DNA of 64,000 nucleotides from a bacterium (GTDB lineage Bacteria; Chlamydiota; Chlamydiia; Chlamydiales; SM23-39): NCBI GenBank assembly GCA_021811265.1, contig JAJZPH010000005.1, positions 1,787 to 65,786 of the forward strand, read 5' to 3'. Shown piece by piece: positions 61,297 to 64,000 of this stretch (position 1 is its first letter; each line of letters starts with the position of its first letter). The notes under the pieces were generated by a model. It saw only the letters and a program-made list of their open reading frames with translations, ran no database searches and was not told where the DNA came from. The position numbers and the translations under genes were made by a program.

Positions 61297-63483
61297 ATGA
61301 TGCGTTCCTTTGTCTACTGTGTTATTTTTTTGACCCTCTTTTCTACCTATCCAAGCACATTGGAAAAGGGTCCTGCCGAACTCATAGCTGGATTTAAAAA
61401 AAATCTGATCAAAAAAACGATCAAATTCTACCACGTCAACGAACAAACACCGCCCCCTTCCACGGCAAAAGAGCTTTTTGTCGATCTCAAAAATCCTTCT
61501 TTAAAGGATGGAGTCTTATCAACGCAAGAAGGAGGAATCTGTCAAAATCAGGACATCCGCATCCAGGCAATGAAGATCCAATATACGCACAGAATGGAAA
61601 ATAACAAATTGATTCATCGCATCGAGGCAGAAAAAGAGCTTCTTGTGCAGTATAAGGGAAGAGTCTTTGTTGGTGAAAAGCTCGAATATGACCTGACAAC
61701 AAAAACAGGCGTAGTCTTCCACGGAAAAACAAAAGAAACTCCCTGGTACGTCGGCGGAGACCGGATTCATCTCAAAAGCGACGGCACCTACCGCATCAAA
61801 AATGTCTTTTTGACCACCTGTGAAAATAGTGACAGCTCTTGGGATATTCATGCAGGACAGGTAGATCTCGATAAAAAAAAGATGTTTGCCGCATCCAAAA
61901 TTCGTTTCCGTCTCTTTCGTGTTCCCGCTCTTTGGCTTCCTTCTTTTCGGATGTCGACAAAAAAGTTCTTCTCCAGCTCTCTTTTTCGCTACAAATTGGA
62001 TTGGGATAAAAGTTCTGGCCCCCGAGGAAGCATACGCTACCAGTTCTATTCTTGGCACGATCTTGTTCTTTTTGCCAGGCTCGACTACCGGCTCAAGCGT
62101 GGATTTGGCGGTGCTTTAGAAAGCGAATATTACCCCGACGATGGCAGAAGTTTTTTTGAAACAAAAAGTTACCTTGCCACAGACCTTGTCCCCAACAATC
62201 CCGTCATCAAAAGAAGATACCGCCTCCAAGGGCACTACTGCACCACGAGTGCTTCATCAAAAACCTCTGCCGAAATCATGTGGGACAAATATAGCGACCT
62301 CTATATGCCCACTGATTTTCGTAGTGATGATTTTGAAATCAACAAAGCAAAAAAAACAGAAGGGACGATTCGGCACCAAGAAAAAGATTTCATCACGATT
62401 CTCTTTGCCCGGCCCAGAGTCCATCCTTTTGACACCATTAAGCAAGATATTCCCACTTTTTACTTGAGCACACGCACCTTTTCCATCCCTTATATAGATC
62501 TTCTTACTTCTCAAAAAATCAAGGCCTCCTATCTTTGCTATGCCTTTGCCCATGATCTACATGTACACTTAAAAAATTTCCATTCGGGAAGGTTTGAGGC
62601 GGCTCAAGAAATTTACCGTCCCTTTCTTTTCGGCCCCATTCGCTTTACTCCATTGGTCGGAGCAGAAGGAATTGTCTATACGGAAAATCCACAAAACCAC
62701 AACTCCAGGTTATTGGCCAGTCTCTATTACAAATTTCTCGCCTCCACCTTTTTTTCTGGCTCTTACTCCTGCCACCAGCACATCATAGAGCCTTACATAA
62801 AACTACAAGGATGGACACATCCCACTCTGACCAATCACCAGCACTACACCTTTAGCATCCAAGATGGCTACCACAAATTACAACAGCTCACTTTAGGCCT
62901 TTCCAATAGAGCCTACTCCCTTTGCCACGACAAGGCCACGCCTTCCTTTCAGGTAGATGTCTACAGCCATGGCTTTTTTGACGAGCACAAAACCTACGTT
63001 GCTTTTCCCAAAATTTATCTCGATTTTGAGTGGAACTTACCCTCCTTTGTCTTCACGGCACAAAATGGATGGAATATTAAATACAACACTCTCGACCACA
63101 GCAATCTTCGCGGTGGATGGACGATCAACCAGGATGTGGCTCTTCTTTTGGAATTTCGCTATCGCTCTCGCTTTGACTGGAGAAAGGCAGATTTGGAAAA
63201 TTTCATTCTCGACGTGACAAGAAGCCAGCAAGAGCTGCTCTTTTCTCCCCTGTCGGACCGAAGAAACACCATTTTGGCCAAGATTTTCTTGCGCCTTCAC
63301 CCTCTTTGGACCTGTACATTAGAATCCCATCATGGCTGGAATCGCGCTTTTGAAAAACCCTACCACGAGTTCCGCATCGATCTCTATTCCCTGTTGAGCA
63401 CAAGCTGGAAATTGCGCATTTCCCTGGAACACACAGAAAGAGATACCCGCGTTACCGCCGGCTTCGATCTGATAAAGAGATAA
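61297..63483 (+). CDS. lptD: LPS-assembly outer-membrane protein LptD (OstA/Imp)
   Basis: Signal-like N-terminus MMRSFVYCVIFLTLFS, an OstA-type N-terminal jellyroll region, then SSWDIHAGQVDLDKKKMFAASKIRFRLFRVPALWLPSF and a long beta-barrel region. Confidence 0.78.
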   Translation: MMRSFVYCVIFLTLFSTYPSTLEKGPAELIAGFKKNLIKKTIKFYHVNEQTPPPSTAKELFVDLKNPSLKDGVLSTQEGGICQNQDIRIQAMKIQYTHRMENNKLIHRIEAEKELLVQYKGRVFVGEKLEYDLTTKTGVVFHGKTKETPWYVGGDRIHLKSDGTYRIKNVFLTTCENSDSSWDIHAGQVDLDKKKMFAASKIRFRLFRVPALWLPSFRMSTKKFFSSSLFRYKLDWDKSSGPRGSIRYQFYSWHDLVLFARLDYRLKRGFGGALESEYYPDDGRSFFETKSYLATDLVPNNPVIKRRYRLQGHYCTTSASSKTSAEIMWDKYSDLYMPTDFRSDDFEINKAKKTEGTIRHQEKDFITILFARPRVHPFDTIKQDIPTFYLSTRTFSIPYIDLLTSQKIKASYLCYAFAHDLHVHLKNFHSGRFEAAQEIYRPFLFGPIRFTPLVGAEGIVYTENPQNHNSRLLASLYYKFLASTFFSGSYSCHQHIIEPYIKLQGWTHPTLTNHQHYTFSIQDGYHKLQQLTLGLSNRAYSLCHDKATPSFQVDVYSHGFFDEHKTYVAFPKIYLDFEWNLPSFVFTAQNGWNIKYNTLDHSNLRGGWTINQDVALLLEFRYRSRFDWRKADLENFILDVTRSQQELLFSPLSDRRNTILAKIFLRLHPLWTCTLESHHGWNRAFEKPYHEFRIDLYSLLSTSWKLRISLEHTERDTRVTAGFDLIKR

Positions 63484-63503
63484 AGATTCCAGAAAAAAAG
63501 ATA

Positions 63504-64000
63504 TTACTGCTGCCCTTGGCGCACTGTGGAATAAAATCGCGACACCAGAAGCTCTTGTCCATATGTAGAAAGCTGACTCCACGAATATTTATTGGCACGA
63601 GCTTCAAAAACGTGCTCTTTCTGACCATTTGACCGGATAGCATCAGTCCGATGTTCCAGACTTTGGTACAGAGTAAATGCAATGATTCCCAAACCTGCAA
63701 CAAGAGCTGCAACTGCGATAAGCGGACCTCCTAGAATAATAGAAGAAAGAGAAAGAGCAACAATGGCAGAACCAATCCCAATGTGCAAATAATCTAGCTG
63801 GAGTTTTGTTGATTGTTTTTCAGGCAAAGGATTTTGAATGTAGAACAATCTGTTTCCTAAAACGTATTTCAAATAGGACAGATTTTCAGGATTCTCTGGA
63901 TGGTCAAAGTATGCTTGCATACTTTCCGAGGGAAGATAGAGAATCGCATAAGATTTATCTTTTCCAACAAAAACACGTCGTTGTCCTTCTTTTGACTCTA
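63504..64000 (-). CDS. Membrane protein with a bilobed hydrophobic domain (Inc-like), probably 5'-truncated by the window edge
   Basis: The track ORF starts at ATG 63920, but the frame remains open upstream to the window end (...ESKEGQRRVFVGKDKSYAILYLPSES-M...). The hydrophobic domain is IGIGSAIVALSLSSIILGGPLIAVAALVAGLGIIAFTLY. Confidence 0.5.
   Translation of the reverse strand, partial: ESKEGQRRVFVGKDKSYAILYLPSESMQAYFDHPENPENLSYLKYVLGNRLFYIQNPLPEKQSTKLQLDYLHIGIGSAIVALSLSSIILGGPLIAVAALVAGLGIIAFTLYQSLEHRTDAIRSNGQKEHVFEARANKYSWSQLSTYGQELLVSRFYSTVRQGQQ

Noticed and set aside
60012-62058. Minus-strand ORFs 60012-60452, 60137-60475 and 61519-62058 (up to 179 aa).
   Set aside because: They are antisense to the HEAT-repeat gene and lptD respectively, and have no RBS or motifs.

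Overview
This 64-kb chromosomal window most likely comes from an environmental, amoeba-associated member of the phylum Chlamydiae. Three gene orders (kdsB-pyrG-ruvX, leuS-waaA and a nearby PPi-dependent phosphofructokinase) match what I recall from Chlamydia genomes. The window also has a long-form IspG, a SET-domain protein, Inc-like membrane proteins and an F-box/LRR protein. No species call is possible without a database search. Most of the window is housekeeping: LPS/Kdo genes (kdsB, waaA, lptD, a GT2), lolCE/lolD, rpmG, tsaD, selU, pyrG, leuS, ispG, ispA, adk, maf, rlmB, two CAU tRNAs, and a galE/sugar-transferase/ugd glycan set. The standout is a pair of giant same-strand paralogues (8426-13420 at 1664 aa, and 21493-27603 at about 2036 aa). 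Each has an N-terminal domain carrying the canonical PARP catalytic motifs (YWHGS, GSGIYFT, DEAVVF), then long arrays of canonical WD40 repeats and a TPR-like tail. No NTPase motif is visible in either. The two copies share a promoter-like upstream element, have nearly identical 3' ends and more divergent WD40 middles, and differ by a 400-aa WD40 insertion. They bracket about 8 kb of essential minus-strand genes. Other notable items are two families of palindromic MITE-like intergenic repeats (four and two copies), a ThpR(2H)-archease fusion next to RtcB, and a methyltransferase fused to a Ddl-like ATP-grasp near a VanX-type dipeptidase. The window also holds a decayed VapC, a SAMHD1-like HD protein, and a signal-peptide-bearing zeta-toxin-like kinase. 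No CRISPR array, prophage, integrase or rRNA was seen.
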